IMG/VR virus record: IMGVR_UViG_3300032302_000137
Span: 1-42,238 of that record
DNA from: a virus
Taxonomy: Duplodnaviria > Caudoviricetes
DNA length: 42,238 nucleotides
Direction: 5' to 3' (one strand)
Part shown: in pieces, positions 1 to 10,161 of the stretch
How the letters are laid out: every line of letters begins with the position of its first letter
Numbering within the stretch: position 1 is the first letter of the stretch
Position numbers and translations under genes: made by a program
The notes under the pieces: model-generated
The model's database searches: none
Told to the model about the DNA's origin: nothing
Seen by the model: the letters and a program-made list of their open reading frames with translations, nothing else

Positions 1-303
1 ACCCGCTCGCAAACCTCGCACACCATGACAATGAAGGGCACCCGGTGGATCCTCCCCGGACTGCACTTCGATGTGGGCAGTCGCATTGGGTCAACGGTCA
101 AGGAATATCCGAACTATGTTTTTGTGAATCAGGTCGAGTCAATTGAGGCAACCTGGGATCACACTGGGGATGGCGGTCTGGAATACACAATTCAGGTCGG
201 CACCAATAAGGCCGCGATGAGTTTGGGTGAAAGGTCCGCTAGGGCCATGCAGAAGGCTCTGACCACGATGAACAATATCGGCGTGAACCTTATTTCCGGA
301 TAA
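1..303 (+). CDS. minor tail protein, C-terminal fragment (5' partial)
   Basis: Frame is open from base 1. The C-terminus (PGLHFDVGSRIGSTV...IQVGTNK) resembles mycobacteriophage minor tail proteins, and it lies directly before a DUF2744-like gene. Confidence 0.7.
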   Translation, partial: TRSQTSHTMTMKGTRWILPGLHFDVGSRIGSTVKEYPNYVFVNQVESIEATWDHTGDGGLEYTIQVGTNKAAMSLGERSARAMQKALTTMNNIGVNLISG

Positions 304-338
304 ATTGACTGATAAGCTATTACCAGAGGTGATCTGAA

Positions 339-761
339 ATTCATCCCATTCAGAGTGAATGCGACCCCCACAACCCTGAGCAACATGCTGCTTGGTGTTG
401 GGCTGCTGGCATTCCAGATCCTTCACCGGCTAGGCCAATGCCTATCCCGCTGATTAGTCCGCAGCTTACTGCTGGGGTTTCCAAGATGTTGTGGGATTTC
501 GGGTTCCGTTGGCACCCGGAGTTGCAGAACTCGTGGATCGAGGGTGTCGCCGGGTTGGGGACGGTAGCAAATCTGGTGGATGAGAAGCCGGAAGAAGCGG
601 ATTTCAAAGACGGTGCCCTGGATTTCCTAGAGGCAAACAATCCTGAGCTTATGGAAGCTATCAGGAATGTGAAGCCGGAAGAGCGCGATGCCCTGATCCG
701 GAAATTGGAGAAGAGTTTCGGGGAGCTTCAGGGACTTATTGATGCACTGAAGGAGGGCTGA
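339..761 (+). CDS. DUF2744-like minor tail-associated protein (start uncertain: ATT 339 or ATG 438)
   Basis: Motifs QSECDPHNPEQHAAW and SKMLWDFGFRWHPELQ are typical of DUF2744. The similarity extends upstream of the first ATG. Confidence 0.7.
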   Translation: MHPIQSECDPHNPEQHAAWCWAAGIPDPSPARPMPIPLISPQLTAGVSKMLWDFGFRWHPELQNSWIEGVAGLGTVANLVDEKPEEADFKDGALDFLEANNPELMEAIRNVKPEERDALIRKLEKSFGELQGLIDALKEG

Positions 762-3040
762 TGGCTGGCATACCAATAAAAACCAATACCCTCGCAACCT
801 CCGGTACCGGATCTACCGCCACGGTGCAGCTGAGTTCCGCGCCAAACGTAGCGGTTGGGGATTCCATTGCGATTGGCGGGGTGACACCGACAGCGTATAA
901 CGGAACGCATACCGTTACGGCATTCTCTAACTCGTCCCCGTACAGTGTTTCTTTTGCTTCTACAGCCACCGGGCAGATGACGGTCGCCGGTACTTTTACG
1001 GCGATAAATGCTAGGGGTGGCGGCAAGACACCGTATTCAAATTCTACGTCTACTACCGATGCCAGCACTGAGACGGTAACGCTGACGACTAGCGATGCGG
1101 CTACGCCACGTCAGGTGTTTTATGCAACCCTGACCCTGGCGAGTCAACTCAATGCGGCAGTTGGAAGCACCATTGAGGTGACCGGTATTTCACCAACTGG
1201 TTATCGGACCGGTTCGACGGTTTCCGGGGTGGTAGTTGATGTATCTGACACCTATCCTTACACCGTCACTTACGAAGTTGGTAGCCCACTTGGGGCGCAG
1301 ACCGCGGCGGGGACGGTAAAGGTATCCGGAACCCATTTTGATACCGGTGATTATGGGATGGTGGGTACCGGCAGTACCGGCCTGATGACGAACCGCACAC
1401 AGAGCAATGTGCAGGCGTTCTACAAAGACCAGAACACGTTCCTCAGTGACAAGCGGGTAACCCTGTTTGATGGGTTGGATACCAACTTGCCTTTCCCTGT
1501 TGCAGTCTTGAAGGCAATAGCTGAGAAGCTGGTACAGGGCACCCTGAACTCTGTCGCTACGGTTGCAGAGGTTTTAGGTCACGTCGCAAATTGGGTTTCC
1601 GGATTTCTGAGTTCTGCCGGGAAGATAATTGGTGATATTACAACCGCTGTAGTTGATGCCGCGTCCGCTACCGTGTCGAATCTGATCGACTTTCTTACCC
1701 ACGTTTTCAACCGGGGAACCCCCGGAGTTGGAGTCAGCACCGGTAAGACGGTAAACGATTTGACCAACTCCGCGAACGCGGTAACCGGTGTCACCTACCT
1801 GACGAACTACTCGACAAAAACTCACGACGACTTCTGGAACACTCCAAGAGTTCTCCCGGCTTGGCTTGGCGGGACAAGCGATGACGTTTCATTTGCCCAG
1901 TCCCTCATAGACACCACGGAGACACCGGCACTGGGCCGTCTGGTTCTCATTCCCGTAACGGTTACCCAGAACAGAACCTTTGACTCCATAAAGTTCGGCA
2001 TGTCGGTACCGGGCGGCGGCGCGACAATGACCTACTGCTGGGCCGCGCTGTACGACGTGGACGAGACTACCGGTGCCGCTACGAAGATCATCGACCTTGG
2101 AAACATCAAGTCATCCTTGAACGGGAATTACAGCCTTCAAACAATTCCGCTTGGGCAGTCTCGGTCATTGCAGCAGGGCGAGCTTTACTACATTGGGATC
2201 GTTCAGGAGGGCGGCACCGCGTGCGCCATTCACAAGTGGTCCGCTACGAACAACTTTACAACCGGTAGGTATCCGAAGTTTATTGGCAGCTACCATCAGA
2301 ATGGATTCACTCCATCAACTGCCACCCCGCAGGGACTTCCGGAAAGCTTTGCCCAGACGGACCTGCTTTCGGGTTCAAAGTATTGGGGTGCCATTGGGTT
2401 GATTACCCCATCCGTAACCGCGCCAAGCATGTATTTCTCCGATACCTTTAACAGGACTAATGGCCTTGGATCTTCGTGGACTCAGAGGTATGGCACAACC
2501 ACGGTTTCCAACTCTTTTTCTTCAACTACCGGAAGCCTCGCTTCATATAACGGGCGACTTGCCACCACGGTTCAGGAAGTTGGCGTGACACTTCCCGCCC
2601 CTGGTCCGGGCGGTAGGGCTACAACATGGAGTGATGTTGGCCTGATCGGATTGCGCGGTGACGGCTCCGGAAAGTTTGTTTACTTGCGGTTCATTTATTC
2701 ACGAAGCAGCACCACCTATACCATTGGGTACGAGATTAGAACGACAACAAGCTATGCCCAGGTTGGCAGCGCCCTGAATGGCGGAACCCTCAAGGCAAGC
2801 CGAACCCTGTATTCGTCGAGTACCTATAACTCGGATTTTACTAATCCATCCAATTGGTCATTCAAGGTATCAACCTCGGGAAGCACAAGCACTTATTTGG
2901 TATTCAAGGACGGGGTTCAACAGGCCACCAGTTGGGTAGATACTAACTCAACCGGATTTCCATTCAACACTTCCAATACAGAAGTTTTACTTGGCGGATA
3001 TTCGGCAGCACTTTATAACTGGTACGCAAAGGACGTATAG
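761..3040 (+). CDS. minor tail protein / tail fibre
   Basis: 759 aa, Thr/Ser/Gly-rich and beta-strand-like, with an FSDTFNRTNGLGSSW motif. Lies in the tail module. Confidence 0.75.
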   Translation: MAGIPIKTNTLATSGTGSTATVQLSSAPNVAVGDSIAIGGVTPTAYNGTHTVTAFSNSSPYSVSFASTATGQMTVAGTFTAINARGGGKTPYSNSTSTTDASTETVTLTTSDAATPRQVFYATLTLASQLNAAVGSTIEVTGISPTGYRTGSTVSGVVVDVSDTYPYTVTYEVGSPLGAQTAAGTVKVSGTHFDTGDYGMVGTGSTGLMTNRTQSNVQAFYKDQNTFLSDKRVTLFDGLDTNLPFPVAVLKAIAEKLVQGTLNSVATVAEVLGHVANWVSGFLSSAGKIIGDITTAVVDAASATVSNLIDFLTHVFNRGTPGVGVSTGKTVNDLTNSANAVTGVTYLTNYSTKTHDDFWNTPRVLPAWLGGTSDDVSFAQSLIDTTETPALGRLVLIPVTVTQNRTFDSIKFGMSVPGGGATMTYCWAALYDVDETTGAATKIIDLGNIKSSLNGNYSLQTIPLGQSRSLQQGELYYIGIVQEGGTACAIHKWSATNNFTTGRYPKFIGSYHQNGFTPSTATPQGLPESFAQTDLLSGSKYWGAIGLITPSVTAPSMYFSDTFNRTNGLGSSWTQRYGTTTVSNSFSSTTGSLASYNGRLATTVQEVGVTLPAPGPGGRATTWSDVGLIGLRGDGSGKFVYLRFIYSRSSTTYTIGYEIRTTTSYAQVGSALNGGTLKASRTLYSSSTYNSDFTNPSNWSFKVSTSGSTSTYLVFKDGVQQATSWVDTNSTGFPFNTSNTEVLLGGYSAALYNWYAKDV

Positions 3041-3043
3041 ATA

Positions 3044-3319
3044 ATGATTGAACTTACAATGCAGGTAACCGGGATCGCTAAGAAGCTGGATTCCATTTCC
3101 GATATCGCAGACATTCTTTCCTGGGTTCTGGATAAAGACAATTTGTATTGCAGTGTCTCTTCAAGGCTAGACGGCACCCTTCTTGTTGAGTGCGGTGGCA
3201 CGGATGTTGCATCCGTTTATCCAGAACTTGGTAAGTGGATAATCTTCGATGGAACCAAATTTTTGACGCTCACCCAGGAAGAGTTTAATGCCAGTGGCTA
3301 TTCAGAATCTTCCACATAA
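3044..3319 (+). CDS. hypothetical tail-module protein
   Basis: 91-aa ORF tightly packed in the operon. Confidence 0.6.
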   Translation: MIELTMQVTGIAKKLDSISDIADILSWVLDKDNLYCSVSSRLDGTLLVECGGTDVASVYPELGKWIIFDGTKFLTLTQEEFNASGYSESST

Positions 3320-3355
3320 TTAGACAAGCTAAGTGATAGGATTTAGGTGAGATAG

Positions 3356-3679
3356 TTGGCCCTCAAAAAATTTACCAAAGACCCAAACGGCAGGCTGGAC
3401 TACGTTCTCGATTGGTCAGCTTGGCTTTCCCCATTCAGTGACCAGATTTCCGGGGCTACGGCAACGGTTTCCCCCACTGGTGGATTATCCATATCGGGAG
3501 TTTACGGAAGCGGCTTTTCTAATACCGCACAGGTAACCCTGTCGAACGGAACAACGCTTGTAACGCTATGGGCATCGGGCGGTACAGCCGGTTCCTCCTA
3601 CGACGTAACGGTTCGCGTTACCACCACCGGGGGCCGCATTGATGATCGGACAATAACCATTACCTGTAAGGAAATGTGA
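3356..3679 (+). CDS. phage tail fibre adaptor-like protein
   Basis: KDPNGRLDYVLDWSAWL...GGTAGSSYDVTVRVTTTGGRIDDRTI pattern of a common virion protein family. SD AGGTGAG. Confidence 0.7.
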   Translation: MALKKFTKDPNGRLDYVLDWSAWLSPFSDQISGATATVSPTGGLSISGVYGSGFSNTAQVTLSNGTTLVTLWASGGTAGSSYDVTVRVTTTGGRIDDRTITITCKEM

Positions 3680-3783
3680 TGGACAACGAAAACAATCAGA
3701 ACATGGTTCTGTCGTGGTCGGCCACTGCTGACGCGGAGGTAACCAGACCAATCAAGGAAGAAGAAGAAAATGCCAGGTCTTAG
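3679..3783 (+). CDS. small hypothetical protein (34 aa)
   Basis: ATG overlaps the upstream TGA. Reads MDNENNQNMVLSWSATADAEVTRPIKEEEENARS and fills the gap. Confidence 0.5.
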   Translation: MDNENNQNMVLSWSATADAEVTRPIKEEEENARS

Positions 3784-4168
3784 TCAGACTAACTTTATCC
3801 ACAAGATCCTGAACCACATCAAGGGTGCAGCATCTACCACCTTCACGCCCCCGACGCAGCTGTACGTTCGACTACATACCGCCGACCCCGGCACTGCTGG
3901 AACAACCGCAAGTTCTACCGGTGGCGGTGCAACTGGCGTTGCAATCAGCTTCGCCACCGCTGCATCGAACGCCATTGCATTGACCGGCACACAGCCAAGC
4001 TGGGCTTCACTGACGGCCAGCGAAACAATCACACACATCTCTGTGTGGGATGCCTCAACTTCGGGTAACTTCCTGTGGTCTGCCGCATTGACTGCGAACA
4101 AGTCCGTGGTCGCGGGTGACACCCTCACCCTCACCACCTGCACTCTAACCCTCAGTCCAGCAGCCTAA
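3770..4168 (+). CDS. tail fibre-associated structural protein
   Basis: LYVRLHTADPG...ETITHISVWDASTSGNFLWSAAL motif of a widespread phage tail protein family. Confidence 0.75.
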   Translation: MPGLSQTNFIHKILNHIKGAASTTFTPPTQLYVRLHTADPGTAGTTASSTGGGATGVAISFATAASNAIALTGTQPSWASLTASETITHISVWDASTSGNFLWSAALTANKSVVAGDTLTLTTCTLTLSPAA

Positions 4169-4191
4169 GCCCCTGAGCGGAGGGGTGGCCT

Positions 4192-5982
4192 ATGGCGACC
4201 CAACTCGATACGTTTAGCACGGCTGGATCTTTCACATACACCATCCCGTCTTGGGCGTACAAGGTGGATGTTATCGTCCTTGGCGGCGGTAAGGGTGGGC
4301 GATCCGGTGGCTTATTCTCCTTTAACCAGGGCGGTGGCGGAGGTAAGGGTTCTTACGCTTCTGCCACGCTAACTCGCGGTATAACCATTGGCTTTAATGT
4401 CACGTCTATTACTGGCGTGGTCGGCTCTGGCAGTGCCGGTGGTAGTGGTGGGGTAAATGTTGTTTCCGGAAACGGTGTTGCATCAACAGCGGTAGCTACC
4501 GGCTGGGCAGGAATCAGTGGCGCTGGCGGCACAACGGATTTTCAGGGCAGCAACAATAACGGTGAAGCTGCCGGGAACTTGACCTTCAATTCTCAAACTT
4601 ACGTTGGTGGAGCGGTGCAAGCCACGCTTGGCGCGGTTGGAAACGCACCAGGCGGTGGTGGCGGTGGCGGTCAGGGTCCACAGGGCACTGGTGGTGCAGG
4701 TGCTGTAGGTCGAGTTTGGTTTTACGCTTACGGAACGCTCGTCTCAGGCGATGCGGCAGCAACCGCTACGGCAACACCGACAGCTGCTTTAACAAAAACC
4801 CATAATGCTGATTCGGCACTTACCGCGACCGCTGCGGCTTCCGCTTCTCTACTTAAGACCGCCAATGTGGATGCCGCAACCACTGCGACCGCAACATTCT
4901 TGGCAACTGAGACTAGAACCGCGACAGTCTCAGCAAGCCTCACGGCAACCGCTGCACCAGCCGCGAGCGGGGGGAGGGGGCAGTTCCTTTCCGCAAGCCT
5001 CACCGCGACAGGGGATTCTGGAACACCGCAGCCGCTGTATAACGCTGGCGCATTCTCGTCGCTGTTCGCAAATTCACTGTTTTCCGCTACCGGTTTAAGA
5101 ACTTTAGTCGGCCAAGCAAACCTGACTTCGACCGCCGCAGCTGTCGCAAACCTTACAGAGTTCGGGGTTGCCGCTGCTTCCATCACTGCGACTGCTACCA
5201 GGACTGGAAATCTTGTATCTAGTCAGAGGATTTCCGATTCCGGTGTTACCGGAACGGCTAGCGCATCCGGTGACCTTTCCAGGGGGCAGAACCTCGACAC
5301 TAGTGGATTAACCGCGACGGGTGCCGGGGCTGGAACGCTCTCTTACGGTGCTTCCGCTGGCGCAAACCTTCTGTCTACCGCCCTTTTCTCTGGCGCAATC
5401 GTCAAGACAAGATTGCTTTCAGGTTCGCTCACTGTGACGGCATCAATGTCTGTAGACATGTCGGAAAACACGGTAGCCCAGGCGACCCTCACCGCTGGTG
5501 CTGCATCAGCCGCTGCGCTAGCCAAAACCATGCCTGCGGCAGCGACCCTAACTGCTGTCGCCGCTCCTTCAGCTTCCCTATCCGCTAACCGAAGAATGCA
5601 GGCCGCACTAACAGCTGTCGCGTACCGGGAAGCCGTGATTGATGAGCCGCGAGAAATTGTTTACATCGAATACGACGATAGAAAAGCATCAGTAGACTCA
5701 GTATATAGAAAAGCTTACATAAACGAGTACGACAGATACGCAATTGTTCCGGCCTATTCCGATAGGACGGCCAAGGTTGAAACCACAGAGATAAGTCAGG
5801 CAATTTCGCGGGACGCATTACAGGGTTTCCGTGGGCTTTTCTTCTGGTTTGTTGAGTTGCCATCAATTAGATCATCTTCACGTTCCTATCAGATAGTGGA
5901 TGATGACCGGTTTGTTCCCGTAAATGCCGAAGATCGAGATGCCTTGGTCCCGGCGACAAGGCCCGAAAGTTTACTTAAATGA
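4192..5982 (+). CDS. glycine-rich minor tail protein with Ala/Thr repeat stalk
   Basis: N-terminal glycine-rich domain (YTIPSWAYKVDVIVLGGGKGG; PGGGGGGG) followed by many AxLTATA-like repeats. Confidence 0.75.
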   Translation: MATQLDTFSTAGSFTYTIPSWAYKVDVIVLGGGKGGRSGGLFSFNQGGGGGKGSYASATLTRGITIGFNVTSITGVVGSGSAGGSGGVNVVSGNGVASTAVATGWAGISGAGGTTDFQGSNNNGEAAGNLTFNSQTYVGGAVQATLGAVGNAPGGGGGGGQGPQGTGGAGAVGRVWFYAYGTLVSGDAAATATATPTAALTKTHNADSALTATAAASASLLKTANVDAATTATATFLATETRTATVSASLTATAAPAASGGRGQFLSASLTATGDSGTPQPLYNAGAFSSLFANSLFSATGLRTLVGQANLTSTAAAVANLTEFGVAAASITATATRTGNLVSSQRISDSGVTGTASASGDLSRGQNLDTSGLTATGAGAGTLSYGASAGANLLSTALFSGAIVKTRLLSGSLTVTASMSVDMSENTVAQATLTAGAASAAALAKTMPAAATLTAVAAPSASLSANRRMQAALTAVAYREAVIDEPREIVYIEYDDRKASVDSVYRKAYINEYDRYAIVPAYSDRTAKVETTEISQAISRDALQGFRGLFFWFVELPSIRSSSRSYQIVDDDRFVPVNAEDRDALVPATRPESLLK

Positions 5983-7079
5983 TTGATTTATCAAGCGAAC
6001 CTTCGCTTGGGACTTTAATTCTCTCTGAGGACGGCGTACTGAAATACAGTTACGTCCTACCCAGGGGAATGACATTCCCAACAGGTTCAGAAGCGTACAT
6101 TGAATTTAGTGATCGCGCCGGTGCCGTATACAACCTTGGCGATTACAAGTACGGATCCATGAGCGATGATCTCACCACTTTCACTTGGGTCATCGGTTCG
6201 GTCCTTACTAATCAGGTTGCGGCTGGCGAAAACTTTGAGATATTCGTTAATATCGAGGGCGATATATATAAAGTTCGCTACGGTCGTGTGGTCCGCAGGC
6301 AGGTTTCCTATCCGCTGAATCCGATCACCGTCGAGTCACCGCCCCTCTTGTATGAGGACGATATGCAGCGAAACATTCCCGGTCCTCGCTGGCTAGCCAA
6401 GTACGGCAACGTGTCTATGAATACATTGACTTTCGGTGGCGGTAACACGTCGTTCGGAACCAAGTACGTCATGGGTGCCCGGTATACGGCGGACATTTTC
6501 GGGAACTCTTTGGCTCTTTTCTCCAAGGCATCTGTCCTGTGGTACGCGCCCATGCGTACCGATTCGGTTGATATCTCCGTGAAGGTGGTATCCGGTGCCG
6601 CGAACAACGACGGTGAGTGCTTTATTGTCTTTGCCAGCAATTCATCAATGACTAGATGGTTGGCCGTCAGGATTAGCGACCCGAGTACCGGATGGACTAG
6701 GACTGCCGACAACATACAGGTGGTGGCCGGTTTCTATACTGCCGAGCCGCCAACATTTGATGCGCTTCTAACCAACTACACACCCGGAGTTGGTGAAATC
6801 GGATCGTATGTCAGCTACGACACCCCCTACTACAACCAGTCCGCAGCAAACACGTTCACCTACAGGGTGGTCTACGACGCGGCACTGACCAACCCGACCC
6901 CATCCGTATCGGTGTATACCCCGGCAAGCACCACCACACCGGCACTAACGACCAGCCTTGTCAATAGTGGCTTCATCAGGGGTGCCGGTTACCGGTACTG
7001 CGGACTGATGTTCAACGGTTCCCTGCTCACCGCGGGGCCAAGGGTTTTCTCTTGGAAAGCCAAGGACACCGTTTTATAA
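5979..7079 (+). CDS. minor tail protein
   Basis: 366 aa with an RYGRVVR N-terminal module and a GAGYRYCG C-terminal motif seen in actinophage minor tail proteins. Confidence 0.65.
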   Translation: MIDLSSEPSLGTLILSEDGVLKYSYVLPRGMTFPTGSEAYIEFSDRAGAVYNLGDYKYGSMSDDLTTFTWVIGSVLTNQVAAGENFEIFVNIEGDIYKVRYGRVVRRQVSYPLNPITVESPPLLYEDDMQRNIPGPRWLAKYGNVSMNTLTFGGGNTSFGTKYVMGARYTADIFGNSLALFSKASVLWYAPMRTDSVDISVKVVSGAANNDGECFIVFASNSSMTRWLAVRISDPSTGWTRTADNIQVVAGFYTAEPPTFDALLTNYTPGVGEIGSYVSYDTPYYNQSAANTFTYRVVYDAALTNPTPSVSVYTPASTTTPALTTSLVNSGFIRGAGYRYCGLMFNGSLLTAGPRVFSWKAKDTVL

Positions 7080-7471
7080 TGAATGGATGGTTTAATCCAG
7101 ATTCGTGGATGGATGTTTGGTCCCAATTCCTACTCATAGTGGGGGCACTTTCAATCGCAATTGCCCCTTCCTGGTTTTCTGCCAGGAAAACCCATAAAGA
7201 TTTGAGGGATGTAAAAGACCAAGTGAAAAATGGTCACACAAATACCAATCTTCGTGATGATTTGGACCGGGTGCTTGAGAGACTGGAAGAGCTTTCCAGG
7301 CACGTCACAGAAATATCCAGGGGCTTCTCTGGGCTTAAGTCAGAGCTAATTGATGAGGAAATTCGCAGGCGGGAATCGGTTAAGGAATTGCGCGGTGACC
7401 TGCGGGATGGAATATCACATATTGAGGGTCGCCTATCCAATTTGGAGGTCCGGATAAAGCCCAATGAGTGA
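7079..7471 (+). CDS. DUF2746-like membrane protein
   Basis: One N-terminal TM segment, a QVKNGHTNTNLRDDLD motif and a coiled-coil C-terminus. TAATG overlap with the previous gene. Confidence 0.7.
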   Translation: MNGWFNPDSWMDVWSQFLLIVGALSIAIAPSWFSARKTHKDLRDVKDQVKNGHTNTNLRDDLDRVLERLEELSRHVTEISRGFSGLKSELIDEEIRRRESVKELRGDLRDGISHIEGRLSNLEVRIKPNE

Positions 7472-7703
7472 TAGACTGAAATTGGGCCGAGAGGCGCTCA
7501 TGGAAAATATCGCAACAATTGAACGGGCTTACTATGATTCGGTTTACCGAATAACAAAAGCCGCCCTTGAGCCAGTAGTGGCAGCCACAAGCGATGTTAT
7601 CCGAGAGTCCGTTTCAGAGGCCGTTAGGGAGGGCGTCAGGGATGCCCTTTCCCCAGCCGATTTGATCGGTGATCTGATTTATGGGAGAAGAAAAAGGAAA
7701 TAA
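7464..7703 (+). CDS. hypothetical protein
   Basis: 79-aa ORF coupled to its neighbours. Confidence 0.55.
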   Translation: MSDRLKLGREALMENIATIERAYYDSVYRITKAALEPVVAATSDVIRESVSEAVREGVRDALSPADLIGDLIYGRRKRK

Positions 7704-8071
7704 TGTTCTGCTTTCTTCGTGATTATTTTCAAAGCAAATACTTGCCGTACCGAATGAATAGGTTGGAATACCAAATGGCTTCTTTTGATGACGCACTCGC
7801 AGCCCTGGCCGCGAAGGTTGACGCTGTTGTCGCAGTAATCGCTAACGATGCGGTGGCTCTTGAGGCTGCTCGTCGGGCCGTGGCAGAGGCAGAGGCCAAG
7901 GCCGCTGCGGTTGTGGCTGATGACGCTGCTGGCGATGCCGCCGATGACGCTGCTCGCGCTGACGCTCTGGCCGGTGTTGGGGCGAAGCTCGATGCGGTGC
8001 TGAACCCGGTTGTTGACGTTCCTGTTAACGCGCCGGTTGACGCACCTGTTGAGGACGCTCCGCAGGTCTGA
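7703..8071 (+). CDS. Ala/Asp-rich hypothetical protein (alternative start 7775)
   Basis: Helical Ala-rich ORF with VDAP repeats, directly before lysin A. Confidence 0.6.
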   Translation: MFCFLRDYFQSKYLPYRMNRLEYQMASFDDALAALAAKVDAVVAVIANDAVALEAARRAVAEAEAKAAAVVADDAAGDAADDAARADALAGVGAKLDAVLNPVVDVPVNAPVDAPVEDAPQV

Positions 8072-8082
8072 GGTAGTTAGCA

Positions 8083-8835
8083 ATGCCTACCGATCCCAAG
8101 CCACAGTTCAATGAGTACTGGGTTTCCTCCCCGTCCTTCCATGGGCGGGGGGGAACCAGGGTTGACTTGTTCCTCCTGCATACGCAGGAGGGTCCGGGCA
8201 ATGCCGATTCGCTGGCAAGGTTCCTTGCCAATCCCGCCAACAAGGTGTCGTACCACTACACGGTTTCGCAGGATCCCCGCGATAACGGGGTGACCGTGTG
8301 CGACGTGGTGGACACCGACTCTTGCAGTTGGTCGGTATTGTCCGCGAACCCGCGGTCAATCAATCTGTGCTTTGCCGGTTCTTCGGCCCGGTGGACCCGC
8401 GAGCAGTGGATGGAACAGTCCAAGGCCATCGAGGTTGCGGCTTTCATTGCCGTGCAGGACTGCAAGAAGTACGGTATCCCGCTTCGGGTGTTGTCGCCGC
8501 CGTATTCTTCACCACCACCGGGCATTTCGGATCACCGCTATGTGAGCGAGTACCTGAAGGACGGGGACCACACAGATGTTGGACCCAACTTTCCATGGTC
8601 GTTCTTTCAGCAGTGTGTGTCGAAGTGGTCGGGTGGTGAGGCTGCCCCGGCGAAGCCGATGCCGGTGGTAGCTGCGCCGCCAGCTGGACCGCCGCCGTAC
8701 CGATATCCGTCAAGTGACGAAATGATCCGGCAGGTTTGGGAGCAACTTTTCGGTCCGCGGGGCGGTGGTTGGCCGCAGTTGGGCGGCAAAACCCTTGTGG
8801 ATGCTATTGCCGATCTTGAGAAGCGGTTCAAGTGA
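8083..8835 (+). CDS. lysA: lysin A, N-acetylmuramoyl-L-alanine amidase
   Basis: Amidase_2 motifs LHTQEG, SYHY, SINLCFAG, DH...HTDVGPNFPW. Pro linker, then C-terminal GWPQLGGKTLVDA cell-wall-binding motif. Confidence 0.9.
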   Translation: MPTDPKPQFNEYWVSSPSFHGRGGTRVDLFLLHTQEGPGNADSLARFLANPANKVSYHYTVSQDPRDNGVTVCDVVDTDSCSWSVLSANPRSINLCFAGSSARWTREQWMEQSKAIEVAAFIAVQDCKKYGIPLRVLSPPYSSPPPGISDHRYVSEYLKDGDHTDVGPNFPWSFFQQCVSKWSGGEAAPAKPMPVVAAPPAGPPPYRYPSSDEMIRQVWEQLFGPRGGGWPQLGGKTLVDAIADLEKRFK

Positions 8836-9839
8836 GTTGGGTTGGCTGGCAGGTCGGCATGTCCAGCCCAACCGTCCGCGAAGCGAAGCGGATCCTGAAG
8901 GTCAAGTTCTCCTATGCGAAGGGCTTGGATGGCTCCGAGCTTTTCACTGAGGATCTTCGCGCTGTTCTGGTTGAGTTCCAGAAGCGCAAGAACTCGACCA
9001 ACAAGTTGGCTTTGCGTACCGATGGGATCCTCGACTGGTCTACCCAGGTGGCTTTGGGTGTTGTTAATCCGAACCCGCCAGCGCAGAAACCGAAGAAGGG
9101 CGTAATCCTCACTGTCCAAGGGACTTTCGTGGATATGTGGACCGGATATCCGGCTGATACCGCGAGGGCTGTGCAGGATTTGTTTTACTGGCAGCCCATA
9201 GGTAATTATGACGCGCAGGCTTTCCCGATGAAGCCGTCATATAACCAGGGCATTGAGGAGCTTGTGCTTCAGTGCCGCAAGCACGCCGGTAAGCCGAAGG
9301 TTCTGGCCGGTTATTCCCAGGGTGCCATCGTCACCAGTCGCGTGATGAAGCACGAGGTGTTGAATCCCAATGGTCGTCTGCACGATCTGAAGGATGAGTT
9401 TATTGGTGGGGTGACGTGGGGCAATCCGGACCGGGAGTTCGGAGTCGCTAACGGTAATGCTTTCGCCGGGTGGCCGATACCGGAGGGCCGGGGTGCCAGC
9501 GATGACCGGTTAGAGGGAACCCCTTCGTGGTGGCTGGATTTCGCGCACGGAGCTAACTCGCCGTGGGGCCGCGATCTTTACACCGATACCCCGGCAGACA
9601 AGGCGGGGGAGGACGTAACGACGATCTGGCATCTTGTAGAGAACGTGACTATCTCGTCCCTCACCGGTTTGATGGTGAAACTCCTTGAGGTGGTGGAGAA
9701 GCCGGTCGAGGAGATCGTCCCGCTGTTCCATGCGGTGCTGTATGCCGGTGCGTTCTTTTTCACCGGTACAGGCCCACACGTTAACTATGACATTGACCCA
9801 GCAGTCCGGTATTTACGGCAGCTGGGGGGCAGGATTTAA
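8832..9839 (+). CDS. lysB: lysin B (cutinase-like esterase with N-terminal peptidoglycan-binding domain)
   Basis: GYSQG nucleophile elbow, WGNP, DLY and a C-terminal H(VNY). N-terminal PG-binding-like region. Confidence 0.9.
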   Translation: MSWVGWQVGMSSPTVREAKRILKVKFSYAKGLDGSELFTEDLRAVLVEFQKRKNSTNKLALRTDGILDWSTQVALGVVNPNPPAQKPKKGVILTVQGTFVDMWTGYPADTARAVQDLFYWQPIGNYDAQAFPMKPSYNQGIEELVLQCRKHAGKPKVLAGYSQGAIVTSRVMKHEVLNPNGRLHDLKDEFIGGVTWGNPDREFGVANGNAFAGWPIPEGRGASDDRLEGTPSWWLDFAHGANSPWGRDLYTDTPADKAGEDVTTIWHLVENVTISSLTGLMVKLLEVVEKPVEEIVPLFHAVLYAGAFFFTGTGPHVNYDIDPAVRYLRQLGGRI

Positions 9840-9840
9840 C

Positions 9841-10098
9841 ATGTTGAGCAAGCAGTTTTGGATTGGCGATTACGGGGTGTTAGCGCGGTGTCTCCGGACG
9901 TTCGCGCAGACCGCTATCGCCATGATCGGTGTGTCCAGCTTCAGTGTGTGGTCGGTGGATTGGCAGAACGTCCTTGGGGTGTCCCTTGGCGCGGCCCTGC
10001 TGTCCCTGCTGATGAGTTTGGATCGCTCTACCGAGGTCGCTAAGTCGGCCCCGGCCCCGGTCGTCACCGTATGTGGTGACGTTCGGCAGCGGAACTAA
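9841..10098 (+). CDS. holin (r1t-like)
   Basis: FW...RCLRTFAQTAIA...VDWQNVLGVSLGAALLSLLMSL, with two TM segments. Confidence 0.85.
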   Translation: MLSKQFWIGDYGVLARCLRTFAQTAIAMIGVSSFSVWSVDWQNVLGVSLGAALLSLLMSLDRSTEVAKSAPAPVVTVCGDVRQRN

Positions 10099-10161
10099 TC
10101 CGCTTCTTTTAACCCCCCAAATTCCCGGTGCCTGGGGCACCGCCATCCCGAAAGGCACTTC

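Noticed and set aside
10126-10158. Riboswitch upstream of nrdH
   Set aside because: One short hairpin (CGGTGCC/GGCACCG) with no recognisable aptamer consensus.
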